DNA from: an uncultured Anaerolineae bacterium
GTDB lineage: Bacteria > Chloroflexota > Anaerolineae > Anaerolineales > Villigracilaceae
DNA length: 64,000 nucleotides
Direction of reading: 5' to 3'
NCBI GenBank assembly: GCA_903846015.1
Contig: CAIMZS010000460.1
Location: 40-64,039, forward strand
Made by a program: the position numbers and the translations under genes. The notes under the pieces are model-generated. The model saw nothing but the letters and a program-made list of their open reading frames with translations, did no database searches and was not told where the DNA came from. This document shows, one piece after another, positions 8,985 to 19,019 of this stretch (positions are counted from its first letter, which is position 1; each line of letters opens with the position of its first letter).

Positions 8985-9491
8985 ATGACACACCCTTTAA
9001 TCGATCAACTTCGTTTTGCCCGTCTTGAATGGCTGCGCGGCCTCGAAAATATCCCGGAAGATGATGCCCAGCGCCACTTTGGTCCAATGAACTGCATCAG
9101 TTGGACAATAGGCCATCTGGCCTGGCACGAACAACGTTACTGGCTGGAGCGTGCCCAGGGACAGATTCTTATCCCGACGCTGAATGAACTCTTCGCTTAT
9201 CGCGCGCCAATGAGCACACCATCACTGGATGAAATGCTCTCGGCCTGGCGCCAGATAACCCAGGCAACCGACCCATATCTTGATACGCTCACAACCGAAT
9301 TATTGCAGGGTGAACTGCTGCACAAAGGGCGCTCAATCGGGCAAACCATCGGCTCAGGGCTTCACCGCATTAATTATCATTATTGGTACCACATCGGCGA
9401 GATACAGGCGATTCGGCAAATGCTTGGGCATACCAACCTGGCCGAATATGTCGGCGATATTGAGAAACTGGCACCCTATCGCCCCGAGTGA
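8985..9491 (+). CDS. DinB-superfamily protein
   Basis: 168 aa with four-helix-bundle-type His motifs (TIGHLAWHEQRYW, YHYWYHIGEIQ). Confidence 0.7.
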   Translation: MTHPLIDQLRFARLEWLRGLENIPEDDAQRHFGPMNCISWTIGHLAWHEQRYWLERAQGQILIPTLNELFAYRAPMSTPSLDEMLSAWRQITQATDPYLDTLTTELLQGELLHKGRSIGQTIGSGLHRINYHYWYHIGEIQAIRQMLGHTNLAEYVGDIEKLAPYRPE

Positions 9492-9531
9492 CAAAGACCG
9501 GTAATCCGATATAAATGGATGAGGAAACAAG

Positions 9532-10899
9532 ATGGTTGACCAACATGCAAGAAACCTGGAAATAGATTCCTTACAAATTTTGCGCGAAGCGCTTAATAAA
9601 CTGGATAATGGATTTTCGGCACTCAAACCAGCCGCAATCCCATCAGATCATCAGGCTCTGGAAAACGTTCTTTTTGAAGTAGCCGAACGATTGAAAGACA
9701 ATTATCCCTACTTTCACCCGCTCTACGCCGGGCAAATGCTCAAACCGCCCCACCCTGTCGCCCGCCTGGCCTATATGCTGGCGATGTGGATCAATCCAAA
9801 CAATCACGCCCTGGATGGCGGCAAGGCCAGTTCGCAAATGGAAAAAGAAGCCGTCGCCGAAATCGCAAAAATGTTCGGCTGGGATACCTTTCTCGGCCAC
9901 CTGACCAGCGGCGGCACAATGGCCAACCTGGAAGCCTTGTGGGTGGCCGGACAGTTCAACCCGTCCGGGAAAATTGTCGCTTCAAAACAAGCCCATTACA
10001 CCCACAGCCGCATCAGCGCCGTGTTAAAACTTGATTTCGCCTCAATCCCAAATGACCGGCGCGGCCGGATGGATATCGATGCGCTGAAAAAACTCCTTGA
10101 CCTGGGTAATATCGGCACGGTGGTCGCAACAGTGGGAACCACCGCCACCGGTTCGATCGATCCGCTCCCCGACCTGCTCAACCTGCGCGAAAAATACGGC
10201 TTTCGCATCCACATCGATTCAGCCTACGGCGGCTACTTCAAACTGGCAGATAACCTCTCGCCTGAAACCGCCGCTGTCTATGAACGCATCAATGAAGCCG
10301 ATTCGATCGTGGTCGACCCGCACAAACACGGCCTCCAACCGTACGGCTGTGGCTGCGTTCTTTTCCGTGACCTATCCGTGGGCCGTTTCTACAAACACGA
10401 TTCACCTTACACCTATTTCAGTTCAACCGAGCTGCATCTCGGTGAAATCAGCCTGGAATGCTCCCGCGCCGGCGCCACTGCCGTAGGGCTGTGGGCCACC
10501 CAAAAGCTGCTCCCCCTTGAAAAAGGCGGCGAATTCGCCCTGGGATTGCAAAGCGGGCGTGAGGCTGCCCTGGCTCTGTGGGAAAAGCTGCGTGCGGATA
10601 AACGCTTCATCACCGCCTTCCCTCCCGAATTAGATATCATCTTCTGGGCCCCGCACGCCAAAAGTGTCAGCGCCTCCTCAGAAATGGCGCGTAAACTCTT
10701 CGCAGCCGCCGAAGAAAAACAGCTTTACCTGGCACTGGCCAATTTACCGGTTGAATTCTTCGATCTTCCCGCCGGCATGCAGCCAGATAGCGACACCATC
10801 ACCTGCCTGCGTTCCGTCCTGATGAAGCCGGAGCACCGCGCCTGGGTGGATGAAATTTGGAACATCATCGACCAAGTCGCTGGCGATACCCCCGCCTGA
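9532..10899 (+). CDS. Group II pyridoxal-phosphate-dependent decarboxylase
   Basis: HLTSGGTMANLEALWVA, HIDSAYGG and the PLP-lysine context VVDPHKHGLQPYGCG. Confidence 0.85.
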   Translation: MVDQHARNLEIDSLQILREALNKLDNGFSALKPAAIPSDHQALENVLFEVAERLKDNYPYFHPLYAGQMLKPPHPVARLAYMLAMWINPNNHALDGGKASSQMEKEAVAEIAKMFGWDTFLGHLTSGGTMANLEALWVAGQFNPSGKIVASKQAHYTHSRISAVLKLDFASIPNDRRGRMDIDALKKLLDLGNIGTVVATVGTTATGSIDPLPDLLNLREKYGFRIHIDSAYGGYFKLADNLSPETAAVYERINEADSIVVDPHKHGLQPYGCGCVLFRDLSVGRFYKHDSPYTYFSSTELHLGEISLECSRAGATAVGLWATQKLLPLEKGGEFALGLQSGREAALALWEKLRADKRFITAFPPELDIIFWAPHAKSVSASSEMARKLFAAAEEKQLYLALANLPVEFFDLPAGMQPDSDTITCLRSVLMKPEHRAWVDEIWNIIDQVAGDTPA

Positions 10900-11015
10900 A
10901 AACGCATTTGCCCGAAATACAACTCGCCAACCTGGCAGGGCGGCAGATACAGAGCTTTTCCTTTTGGTTTTAAACGTAATCATGATTAACGTTAAAAAAA
11001 TGAAAGGGTTATTCG

Positions 11016-12062
11016 ATGTTGAAGAAAATTCTGCTCTTCATGAGCATTTTCCTATTTTTCATAGCGCCAACAATTTCGGTCAAAGCACAATTCGAGTCTT
11101 TTGCAGAAGCAAAACAACAGTTTTCGGCCGAAGACCCATATATATTGATCGCCGAAGTCAACGCTTTACGGGCAGCCACGGGCACATTCCAATATGAAAT
11201 CAGCCCGATCCTGATGCAGACTGCCCAGGCCCAGGCAGATTATATGGCCTCCATCGGAACCATCACCCATCTCGGGCCCGGCGGGATTACCACCACAAAC
11301 CGTCTCCTGGCAGCAGGTTATCCCCTGGCAGGTGATCTTTCGTTGGGCGGGATTCGCTCCGAAAACATTGTCGCGGGACTGGGAATGACTGTGGCGGATG
11401 CGATAGCGTATTGGAAAGGGGACGACGTACACTACAACACCATGACATCACCCAACTATACCCAAATCGGCGTCGGGATAGCCATATCCGGCGAAGATGT
11501 TTACTTCGTCCTCGACTGCGCGCGACACCTCGGGGCAAAAACCCCTTACCTGACAAACACCCCTGAACCCACTATCGAAGGCGACACATCCGGACAAAGC
11601 CCGGAAACCGATAATTCAGGTTACGTTGCCCTGCCCGGCGAAGGTCCGCTGGCGAGCAGCCTCTTCACTGCCACCCCTGATAACAATGGAAAACTTTACC
11701 ACATCGTAAAACCGGGGGAGACCTTATGGTTGATTGCAATTTCCTACGGCGTCAAAATAGCAGATATTCGCCGCCTGAACTATATGGCCGAGGCTGATGC
11801 GATTTACCCGAAAGAAAAACTGTTGATTCGTGAAGGGGTTTTTATAACGCCAGTTCCGCCGGTGCCATCCAATACCCCGGCTGCCACCCTTACTGTAAAA
11901 CCAACCCAGATGCAATCCCCTTCAGCGACCGCCACGCTCGTTCAGGCTGCTCCCGTCGCGTCCAGTTCAACCCTGCTGGGAATCGGAGTGCTGGTGATCG
12001 CTGCGCTGATCATGATCGGGGTTATGCTGCCAGCCTTCAGACAATCGAACAAACCTCGTTGA
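11016..12062 (+). CDS. Secreted CAP/SCP (YkwD-like) domain protein with a LysM domain and a C-terminal membrane anchor
   Basis: There is a signal peptide, followed by a CAP-like core (AQAQADYMA, ENIVAG, YTQIGVGIA). A LysM domain follows (YHIVKPGETLWLIAISYGVKIADIRRLN). The protein ends in a hydrophobic tail. Confidence 0.8.
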   Translation: MLKKILLFMSIFLFFIAPTISVKAQFESFAEAKQQFSAEDPYILIAEVNALRAATGTFQYEISPILMQTAQAQADYMASIGTITHLGPGGITTTNRLLAAGYPLAGDLSLGGIRSENIVAGLGMTVADAIAYWKGDDVHYNTMTSPNYTQIGVGIAISGEDVYFVLDCARHLGAKTPYLTNTPEPTIEGDTSGQSPETDNSGYVALPGEGPLASSLFTATPDNNGKLYHIVKPGETLWLIAISYGVKIADIRRLNYMAEADAIYPKEKLLIREGVFITPVPPVPSNTPAATLTVKPTQMQSPSATATLVQAAPVASSSTLLGIGVLVIAALIMIGVMLPAFRQSNKPR

Positions 12063-12108
12063 GCCAGTTGGTGAACGCTGGTAAACGGCCCAAATAGAGT
12101 AATTTTGG

Positions 12109-12132
12109 ATGGTACCAGGTTCTGCACGGGCA
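12109..12132. repeat. Short dispersed repeat, family A' (reverse orientation)
   Basis: atggtaccaggttctgcacgggca is the reverse complement of tgcccgtgcagaacctggtaccat. Confidence 0.6.
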
Positions 12133-12268
12133 TAGAGCGAAAAAAGAACGCGCAAATCTCTACTCTACGACAGTACTCACAGGCGTTCAAGTCGCGTCTC
12201 CGCACAACCGTGCCCTACTCTATCACCAGCATATTCAGTACAATATAGTGAATTCACTTCTGACCGAC

Positions 12269-12293
12269 ATCCCGTGCTGGAACCGGGATCCCA
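12269..12293. repeat. Short dispersed repeat, family A' (degenerate copy)
   Basis: atcccgtgctggaaccgggatccca shares the CCGTGCTGGAACCGGG core. Confidence 0.45.
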
Positions 12294-12319
12294 ACGCAGT
12301 ATGACCTGAACTGGAAAAC

Positions 12320-14053
12320 TTGATTATGAATAACCACGAAGTAGCCGACACTTTTACCCTGATCGCCAACCTGCTTGAGATTAAAGGCGAGGTCATCTAC
12401 GTTACCCTGGCCTACCGCAAAACCGCAGAAACCCTGGTCTCGCTCGGACGCGATATCAACGAATATTGGAAGGAAGGCAAGCTGCGCGAGATCCCATCCG
12501 TTGGCAAAGCCATTGCCGAAAAAATAGACGAATTGCTGCGCACCGGTCAGCTTCAATTTCTGGAAAATCTCAAGCAGGAAATTCCCGCCGGGCTGGCCAA
12601 ATGGCTGCAAGTCCCCGGCCTGGGACCCAAAAAAGTGGCCCTGATTTGGAAGCAGTTGGGCATCACCACGCTGGCTGAACTGACAAGCGCCGCTCAACAA
12701 GGCAGGCTGCGCTCCCTGCCCGGCATGGGCGAAAAATCAGAAGCCCAGATCCTGGTCGGGCTGGAATCGCTCTCGCGCCGTTCGGGACGAATTCCGCTCG
12801 GGCGCGCCTTTCCCCTGGCCCAGGAGATCATCGCCGCCCTCACAAAAATCCCAGGCGTGACGGGCGCCTCACCCGCCGGTTCGCTCCGCCGCATGCGCCC
12901 CACCGTTGGCGATTTGGACATCCTGGTCTCCGCCAGGCAGTCCGCCCCGGTCATGGAAGCCTTCACCACCCTGCCCGGCGTTGTCCGCGTGCTTGGCAAA
13001 GGCGAAACCAAGGCCAGCATAGAATTTGGCGATGGGCTGCGCGCCCAATTGTGGGTGCACCCACCCGAAAAATTCGGCACGGCCCTGCAATACGCCACCG
13101 GTTCAAAAGACCACAACGTACAGCTCCGCCAGCTTGCCCTGGAAAAAGGTCTGTCGCTCTCCGAACATTCCCTGGCACGCACCGACGGCACCGACGAAAT
13201 CCTGTGTGCCACCGAAGAGCAAGTCTACGCCGCGCTCGGCCTGCCATACATCCCCCCGGAAATGCGTGAGGATCGCGGCGAAGTACAGGCCGCCAAAACA
13301 GGATCGCTCCCCAGGTTGATCGAAGTGGGTGATATTCGCGCCGATCTCCAGACCCACTCCAACTGGTCGGATGGCAAATTGACCATGCTGGAAATGGCCC
13401 GCGCCGCCGCCCGGCGCGGCATCAAAGTGATCGCCTTCACCGACCACTCGGTCAGCCTGGGTGTCACTGGAGGTCTCAGCATGGAACGCCATGCCGAACA
13501 ACAACTCGAGATGGCTGCCGCCCAACGCGAACTGGGCGACAGCATACGCATTCTGCATGCCTCCGAAGTCGAGATCAAGGCCGACGGCTCGCTGGATTAC
13601 CCCGATGAATTCCTGGCGAGCCTGGACCTGGTGCTGGCTTCCCTGCACACCTCCCTGCGCCAGCCGCGCGAAAAGGTCACCGAACGCCTGCTCAAAGCCA
13701 TCCACAACCCGCACGTTGATATCATCGGTCACCCCACCGGCCGCCTGATTCCTGACCGTGAAGGCGCCGACCTGGACATGGAAGCCGTGTTGACCGCCGC
13801 AGCGCAATCCGGCGTGGCACTCGAGATCAATGCCAGCCCCTACCGCCTGGACCTGGAAGACATTTATGCCCGCCGCGCCAAAGACATGGGCATTCCCATC
13901 AGCATCAATACCGATGCTCACTCCGAGGCCGATATGGATATGCTGCCCTTCGGCGTAGCCATTGCCCGCCGCGCCTGGCTGACGGCAGAAGATGTCATCA
14001 ACACCTGGCCTGAACATCGTTTACTGACCTGGCTGGCAAATCGAGGTCAATAA
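12320..14053 (+). CDS. polX: DNA polymerase/3'-5' exonuclease PolX (Pol beta-like domain plus PHP domain)
   Basis: HhH motifs (IPSVGKAIAEKI, LPGMGEKS), the nucleotidyltransferase motif GSLRRMRPTVGDLDILV, and a PHP domain (HSNWSDG, FTDHS, INTDAHS). The true start may be the ATG at 12326. Confidence 0.9.
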   Translation: MIMNNHEVADTFTLIANLLEIKGEVIYVTLAYRKTAETLVSLGRDINEYWKEGKLREIPSVGKAIAEKIDELLRTGQLQFLENLKQEIPAGLAKWLQVPGLGPKKVALIWKQLGITTLAELTSAAQQGRLRSLPGMGEKSEAQILVGLESLSRRSGRIPLGRAFPLAQEIIAALTKIPGVTGASPAGSLRRMRPTVGDLDILVSARQSAPVMEAFTTLPGVVRVLGKGETKASIEFGDGLRAQLWVHPPEKFGTALQYATGSKDHNVQLRQLALEKGLSLSEHSLARTDGTDEILCATEEQVYAALGLPYIPPEMREDRGEVQAAKTGSLPRLIEVGDIRADLQTHSNWSDGKLTMLEMARAAARRGIKVIAFTDHSVSLGVTGGLSMERHAEQQLEMAAAQRELGDSIRILHASEVEIKADGSLDYPDEFLASLDLVLASLHTSLRQPREKVTERLLKAIHNPHVDIIGHPTGRLIPDREGADLDMEAVLTAAAQSGVALEINASPYRLDLEDIYARRAKDMGIPISINTDAHSEADMDMLPFGVAIARRAWLTAEDVINTWPEHRLLTWLANRGQ

Positions 14054-14124
14054 AACACAGCCAGCCGGTATCTAAAAATCTAACCAAAGCTTAATCCTGC
14101 TGTAAGATTTTCGGGCGGCAGTAT

Positions 14125-14133
14125 TGATATAAT
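14125..14133 (+). promoter_or_regulatory. Possible extended -10 promoter element (TGATATAAT)
   Basis: A TGnTATAAT match lies 25 nt upstream of ATG 14158, with a CAGGAG Shine-Dalgarno sequence at 14143-14148. Confidence 0.3.
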
Positions 14134-14157
14134 CAAACCAGACAGGAGTACTCCAAT

Positions 14158-14799
14158 ATGTTTATGTTTGAAGGCGCCGACCGCCGCAAAGAAGAAGAAC
14201 GCATTCGCAATGAAGGCCGCCTGCCACCAGGACAGGCACTGACGTTAAAGTTTCCGGTGCTGCACTACGGCCCGGTACCGCCATTCAACCCAGCCACATG
14301 GGACCTGCGGGTATGGGGTGAAGTGGAGCAAGAAAAACGTTGGACTTGGGATGAGTTTAACCAACTACCACGCACAAAACTACTGATGGACATCCACTGT
14401 GTAACCAAGTGGAGCAAATTTGACACGTTATGGGAAGGCGTTTCGGTGAAAACCCTTGCGGAACAGGGTTTCATCAAGATCAAGCCAACAGCCAGGTACG
14501 TTATGCAGCACGCCGAATATGGTTTTACGGTCAACCTGCCCCTGGAAGTGGTATTACAGGAAAACTTTCTGATGGCAACGCACTTCAATGGCAAACCGAT
14601 CGATGCCGATCACGGGCATCCGCTGCGCGGTGTGGTAGGTTTTATCACACAAAAAGAAACCCTGGAAACCCCCTATTTCTGGAAAGGCGCCAAGTGGCTG
14701 CGAGGAATCGAGTTTATGCCCGCCGACCGGCGCGGTTTTTGGGAACAAGCCGGATATCACAATCGCGCAGATGTTTGGAAAGAAGAGCGCTTCGGGTAA
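14158..14799 (+). CDS. Sulfite-oxidase-like molybdopterin oxidoreductase (small YedY/SorA-like catalytic domain)
   Basis: PPGQALTLKFPVLHYG and the Mo-ligand cysteine context MDIHCVTKWSKFDTLWEGV, plus HGHPLRGVV. Confidence 0.8.
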   Translation: MFMFEGADRRKEEERIRNEGRLPPGQALTLKFPVLHYGPVPPFNPATWDLRVWGEVEQEKRWTWDEFNQLPRTKLLMDIHCVTKWSKFDTLWEGVSVKTLAEQGFIKIKPTARYVMQHAEYGFTVNLPLEVVLQENFLMATHFNGKPIDADHGHPLRGVVGFITQKETLETPYFWKGAKWLRGIEFMPADRRGFWEQAGYHNRADVWKEERFG

Positions 14800-14829
14800 G
14801 AGCCAACCCCCAGGCTGTGGATTTAAACG

Positions 14830-14863
14830 AAAAGAGGAGCCAATCCATCCGGCTCCTCTTTTC
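14830..14863. terminator. Bidirectional hairpin terminator between convergent genes
   Basis: AAAAGAGGAGCC-loop-GGCTCCTCTTTT has an 8-bp GC-rich stem flanked by A and T runs. Confidence 0.6.
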
Positions 14864-14881
14864 TATATTATTCGGGATAAC

Positions 14882-16042
14882 TTACGGCCGCTTGACCAGC
14901 GTCAGCGTAAGATCGACCTTCTGATCTCCGCGCAGCACGGTCAGGACGATCGTATCACCAGGAGACTTATTATCGACCAGGTAGCCGATCAGATCATCAT
15001 ATACTTTGACCGGATTGCCATCGACCGCAATCACCAGGTCTCCGCCGGTCGGTATATTCTGCGAATTGGCAGAACCGCTTGCCCCCACCACGCCCGCTTG
15101 GGCTGCAGGACCACCGGGAACCACATCCGTGATGTAAACACCCGTCATGCTTTTCAGACCCAATTCATTGATGACCGATAATGATAAGTGATCACTGGGC
15201 AGAGCTGAAATACCCATATAAGGATACTCAAACTTGCCATTCTTGATCAGCTCCGGGACAACACGCTTGATCAAATTGGAAGGGATCGCAAAACCCAGCC
15301 CGGTACTGGTTGGTTCACCTGTGTTTGCGGATAAATTTACATATACGGATCGGTTAACACCAACCACTTCTCCGCTAAGATTAAGCAATGGCCCGCCGGA
15401 ATTTCCGGGGTTGATGGCGGCATCCGTCTGAATCATGTCGGCAACGCTGAAGGTTCCGCCGCCTGCCGTTTGCCTGAGTGCGTTTTCGGTTCGGCCAAGC
15501 GCTGAAACGATCCCCAGTGTCATAGTGCCATTCAGTCCAAATGGATTTCCGATGGCAATCACCGTTTGACCAACCTTAAGCTGCTTGGAATTACCCAGCG
15601 AAAGCGGATGAATCTCAGTCGCCGGAGCATCCACTTTGATAACCGCCAGGTCCGAATCCAGGTCAGTTCCCACTACAGTGGCAAAAGCCTTGAAACCAGA
15701 TGTGAAATCGACTTCGATCTTTTGTTGGCCTTCAACAACATGTGCATTGGTGACAATATGACCCTGCCCATCAAAAACCCACCCGGTACCAAGAGCTCCA
15801 CCCTGCGCAGTTAGAACCTGGATTAAGACGATCCCTGGTGAAACGTTATCATACAAAGATGTAAGTGTATCTTGCTGGCTTAAGCCTTGCGCCGACACCA
15901 GGATTGGCGCTTGTGTAGGAACCAATACTGCGTTAGGAACCGTCACCACCGGAGCTGTAGTTCCGGGTAATACTGCCTGGCAAGCCAATGAGGCCAATAC
16001 TAATACCGCAATTGCTACCATTAAACGAGCATTGTTTTTCAT
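14882..16042 (-). CDS. S1C (HtrA/DegP-like) serine protease with a PDZ domain
   Basis: There is a signal/anchor sequence. The catalytic triad contexts are TNAHVV, DLAVIKV and GNSGGPLLN. A C-terminal PDZ-like region is present. Confidence 0.9.
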   Translation of the reverse strand: MKNNARLMVAIAVLVLASLACQAVLPGTTAPVVTVPNAVLVPTQAPILVSAQGLSQQDTLTSLYDNVSPGIVLIQVLTAQGGALGTGWVFDGQGHIVTNAHVVEGQQKIEVDFTSGFKAFATVVGTDLDSDLAVIKVDAPATEIHPLSLGNSKQLKVGQTVIAIGNPFGLNGTMTLGIVSALGRTENALRQTAGGGTFSVADMIQTDAAINPGNSGGPLLNLSGEVVGVNRSVYVNLSANTGEPTSTGLGFAIPSNLIKRVVPELIKNGKFEYPYMGISALPSDHLSLSVINELGLKSMTGVYITDVVPGGPAAQAGVVGASGSANSQNIPTGGDLVIAVDGNPVKVYDDLIGYLVDNKSPGDTIVLTVLRGDQKVDLTLTLVKRP

Positions 16043-16066
16043 TCTTATCTCCTACTACGATGAGGC

Positions 16067-17008
16067 TCATGATTTTTCGAGATCACGGGCCTTCTGCAAT
16101 AACGACTGTTGTTCTGCAGTCAAATTTTTAGGCATACGTACCTTTACCTGCACAAACAAATCACCTTTCAACTGGGTATTCTTTAACTGCGGCATCCCGC
16201 GACCGGCAATGCGCATCTTCTGCTCCGGTTGGGTGCCGGCAGGGATTGTCAGCTTAACCCGGCCGCTCATCGTCAGGACTTCCACTTCACCACCCAACAG
16301 CGCTGTAAATACATCAACACTGACAGGCGCGTAGAGGTCGGCCCCATCACGTTCAAAACGGGCATCATCCTCAACCACCACTTTGAGGTACATATCAGAA
16401 CTATCTGGCGTACTACCTGCAATCCGAACTTTGGTCCCGGTTTTGGCACCAGCCGGAATTTTCACCTGTATTCGCCGTCCACCACGCTCAAACAACCGAG
16501 TGGCGCCCTGGTAGGCCTCCTGTAAAGAAATAAGCACAGTCTGCTCATTTTCAGGAGCCCGGCGCGTACGAATATTACTTCCGGGCATCCCACCCATGCC
16601 ATTCAAATTACCAAAAATAGCGCTAAAAAAATCAGAAAAACCACCACCTGAGCCGCCCGCGCCAACAGGGTTGCCTGCGCCGCCTCCGAACAGGTCATCC
16701 AAGTTTACATTTTGACCCCCGGCCGCATTGGTGTACCACTGCCCCCAATCAAAACCACCCGGTTGGCCACCGCCGCGTTGATAAGTGGAATAGGCGCTTC
16801 CCAATTGATCATAACGGGAACGCTTTTGGGGGTCAGAAAGCACCTGATAAGCTTCGTTCATTTCCTTGAACTTTTCTTCAGAAACCTTATCGCCAGGGTT
16901 GCGATCCGGGTGGTACTTTAGCGCGAGTTTACGATACGCTGAGCGAATTTCATCAGCGCTGGCAGAACGGGACACACCGAGAACCTGGTAATAATCTTTA
17001 TAATCCAT
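16067..17008 (-). CDS. J-domain co-chaperone without a zinc finger (CbpA-like DnaJ homolog)
   Basis: [33 protein letters not shown], a G-rich linker, and C-terminal DnaJ_C repeats. There is no CxxCxGxG module. Confidence 0.85.
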   Translation of the reverse strand: MDYKDYYQVLGVSRSASADEIRSAYRKLALKYHPDRNPGDKVSEEKFKEMNEAYQVLSDPQKRSRYDQLGSAYSTYQRGGGQPGGFDWGQWYTNAAGGQNVNLDDLFGGGAGNPVGAGGSGGGFSDFFSAIFGNLNGMGGMPGSNIRTRRAPENEQTVLISLQEAYQGATRLFERGGRRIQVKIPAGAKTGTKVRIAGSTPDSSDMYLKVVVEDDARFERDGADLYAPVSVDVFTALLGGEVEVLTMSGRVKLTIPAGTQPEQKMRIAGRGMPQLKNTQLKGDLFVQVKVRMPKNLTAEQQSLLQKARDLEKS

Positions 17009-17210
17009 ATAATCTATTCTATGACGTCAGGGAGATGCGAGTCAAGTCAGAACAGGAATATCTAACGCAACTCTAACCTAGTTTCTCAGGCCAATCCCAG
17101 CAGAAAGAGACCTTCATGGTGACATACCAACCAAACAGTATTTCGCGGCACCTGTTTTGCAGCAAGCGGTACAATATATTATTATCATACACTCGGAAGA
17201 TGAACAACAA

Positions 17211-17795
17211 ATGAAATCAATCTGTGTCTACTGTGGTTCTGCGGATGAAATCCATCCAGATTTCAAGCTGGCTGGCCTGCAAATGGGGCGAGCCTTGGCC
17301 GAGAACGGCCTTCGTTTAATCTTTGGTGGTGGTAAAACCGGCATCATGGGGGCCGTGGCGGATGGCTGCCTGCAAGCAGGCGGTCAGGTTATTGGTGTGA
17401 TCATTGAATCGATGAATACCCCCGCCCTTGCGCACATGGGATTGACCCGCCTGGAAGTGACACCCACCATCCACGAACGCAAGGCGCGCATGTACGCACT
17501 AGCCGATGGCTATATTGCCCTGCCCGGCGGTTATGGGACTTTCGATGAGCTGTTCGAAACCATCACCTGGTCACAAATCGGCGTCCACGAAAAACCGATT
17601 GGCATGCTTAATACTCGTCAATACTTTGAGCCGTTAATGACAATGATACTTTACGCCGAAAAAGAAGGCTTTATATTCCCCGAACATCGCAAAATGTTAT
17701 GCATGGCAGATACCCCACAGGAACTGCTTGCCTGCATGGGTACATATCAACACCCGGCCAAAGCGGTAAAACGTTGGCTGCGGCAGGATCAATAA
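17211..17795 (+). CDS. LOG-family (TIGR00730) nucleotide phosphoribohydrolase
   Basis: MKSICVYCGS, GGGKTGIMG and PGGYGTFDELFE motifs. The ATG at 17211 is chosen because the family motif starts immediately after it. Confidence 0.85.
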   Translation: MKSICVYCGSADEIHPDFKLAGLQMGRALAENGLRLIFGGGKTGIMGAVADGCLQAGGQVIGVIIESMNTPALAHMGLTRLEVTPTIHERKARMYALADGYIALPGGYGTFDELFETITWSQIGVHEKPIGMLNTRQYFEPLMTMILYAEKEGFIFPEHRKMLCMADTPQELLACMGTYQHPAKAVKRWLRQDQ

Positions 17796-17799
17796 ATTC

Positions 17800-18249
17800 A
17801 TGTCAGCCGGTCACGTTCATAATATCGCCACATCCGTGGCAAGTGGAGCTGTTCTTGCACTGGCTGCGGTCAACCATTCTTATGATCTGGCAACAGTGGC
17901 CGCGGGCATCGCCGTGGGGTTGCTGCTGAGCCCAGACCTGGATGTGCGCCACGGCAGTGTCAGCAACACCAATTTTCGACAGATCGCGCGCCCATTGGCG
18001 CTGCCATGGAAGGTGATTTGGTGGGTCTATGCGCGCCTGATCCCCTGTCACCGCCACTGGCTCAGTCATGCGCCAATCATTGGCACACTTGGACGATTGT
18101 TATACTTAAGCCCATGGATGCTTCTACCCTATCTGGTCTTCGATTTTCCACCCGAGTGGAGCTGGCCTTACCTGGCCCTGGCGGCTGCCGGGCTTGGGAT
18201 AAGCGATATTCTGCACTGGTTAATGGATGGAATGCCGTTATATCGGTAA
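17800..18249 (+). CDS. Small membrane protein, possibly DUF2227 metal-binding family
   Basis: 149 aa, hydrophobic, with the His-rich segment CHRHWLSHAPIIGTLGRL. It starts 4 nt after the LOG stop, so it is probably co-transcribed. The family assignment is from memory only. Confidence 0.45.
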   Translation: MSAGHVHNIATSVASGAVLALAAVNHSYDLATVAAGIAVGLLLSPDLDVRHGSVSNTNFRQIARPLALPWKVIWWVYARLIPCHRHWLSHAPIIGTLGRLLYLSPWMLLPYLVFDFPPEWSWPYLALAAAGLGISDILHWLMDGMPLYR

Positions 18250-18306
18250 AGGTGGGGAAATATTCCAATAATTTCCATCTCTCGATTTTAAAGTAAAGGT
18301 TATCCC

Positions 18307-18939
18307 ATGCTTGACTTTTCCAGACTACCCATCTTCATCTTCGCATCCATCATATTACTGCTCACGCCCGGCCCCGCGGTGCTGTACATCATCGCGCGCA
18401 GCATTGATCAAGGTCGAGCTGCCGGGCTGGTCTCGGTGCTCAGTGTGGAGGTGGGTAACTTTTTCCATGCCGTAGCCGCAGCATTTGGTCTCTCCGCGTT
18501 GTTACTTTCATCCGCAACGGCTTTCAACATAGTGAAATACATGGGAGCGGCTTACCTTGTTTTCCTGGGCATACACAAACTTTTTTCAAAAACCACCCAA
18601 ACACAGTTGACGATGATGGAACCGCAAAAACTATCGCGCGTATTCTCTCAGGGAGTGACTGTTGCCGTGCTCAACCCCAAGACCGCCCTATTCTTTCTGG
18701 CTTTTTTACCACAATTCGTGGATCGCAGCAAAGGCCAGATAGGGCTGCAGTTGTTTATGCTCGGCAGCCTGTTTATGCTAATGGCCATCATCAGCGACGG
18801 GACATACGCCCTTCTAGCCAGTTCAGCCCGACAGTGGTTGAAATCCCACAGCCAGGTATGGCTGGCTGAACGCTATGTGGTCGGTTTCATCTATATCGGG
18901 TTGGGCATCGCAGCCGCGCTCGCCGGCCAGCCCAAATAA
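18307..18939 (+). CDS. LysE-family amino-acid exporter
   Basis: LLLTPGPAVLYIIARSIDQGRAAG is an N-terminal signature, with a six-TM pattern. Confidence 0.85.
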   Translation: MLDFSRLPIFIFASIILLLTPGPAVLYIIARSIDQGRAAGLVSVLSVEVGNFFHAVAAAFGLSALLLSSATAFNIVKYMGAAYLVFLGIHKLFSKTTQTQLTMMEPQKLSRVFSQGVTVAVLNPKTALFFLAFLPQFVDRSKGQIGLQLFMLGSLFMLMAIISDGTYALLASSARQWLKSHSQVWLAERYVVGFIYIGLGIAAALAGQPK

Positions 18940-18976
18940 AAAGACTCGCCCGCAAAATTGGTTTGCGGACAAGTCT

Positions 18977-19002
18977 TTGCCCGTGCAGAACCGGGTACCA
19001 TT
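18977..19002. repeat. Short dispersed repeat, family A'
   Basis: ttgcccgtgcagaaccgggtaccatt lies between convergent gene ends and is near-identical to 2363-2388. Confidence 0.7.
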
Positions 19003-19019
19003 CTTCTCACAATTACCAG

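Noticed and set aside
13103-14017. A 304-aa antisense ORF inside polX. Similar long shadow ORFs occur at 53560-54303 and 52762-53298 inside mutS2, at 23073-23540 inside the transpeptidase gene, and at 58847-59455 inside thrB.
   Set aside because: These lie opposite well-supported genes, have low-complexity Gly/Ala/Arg-rich composition and carry no motifs. They are typical GC-driven antisense open frames.
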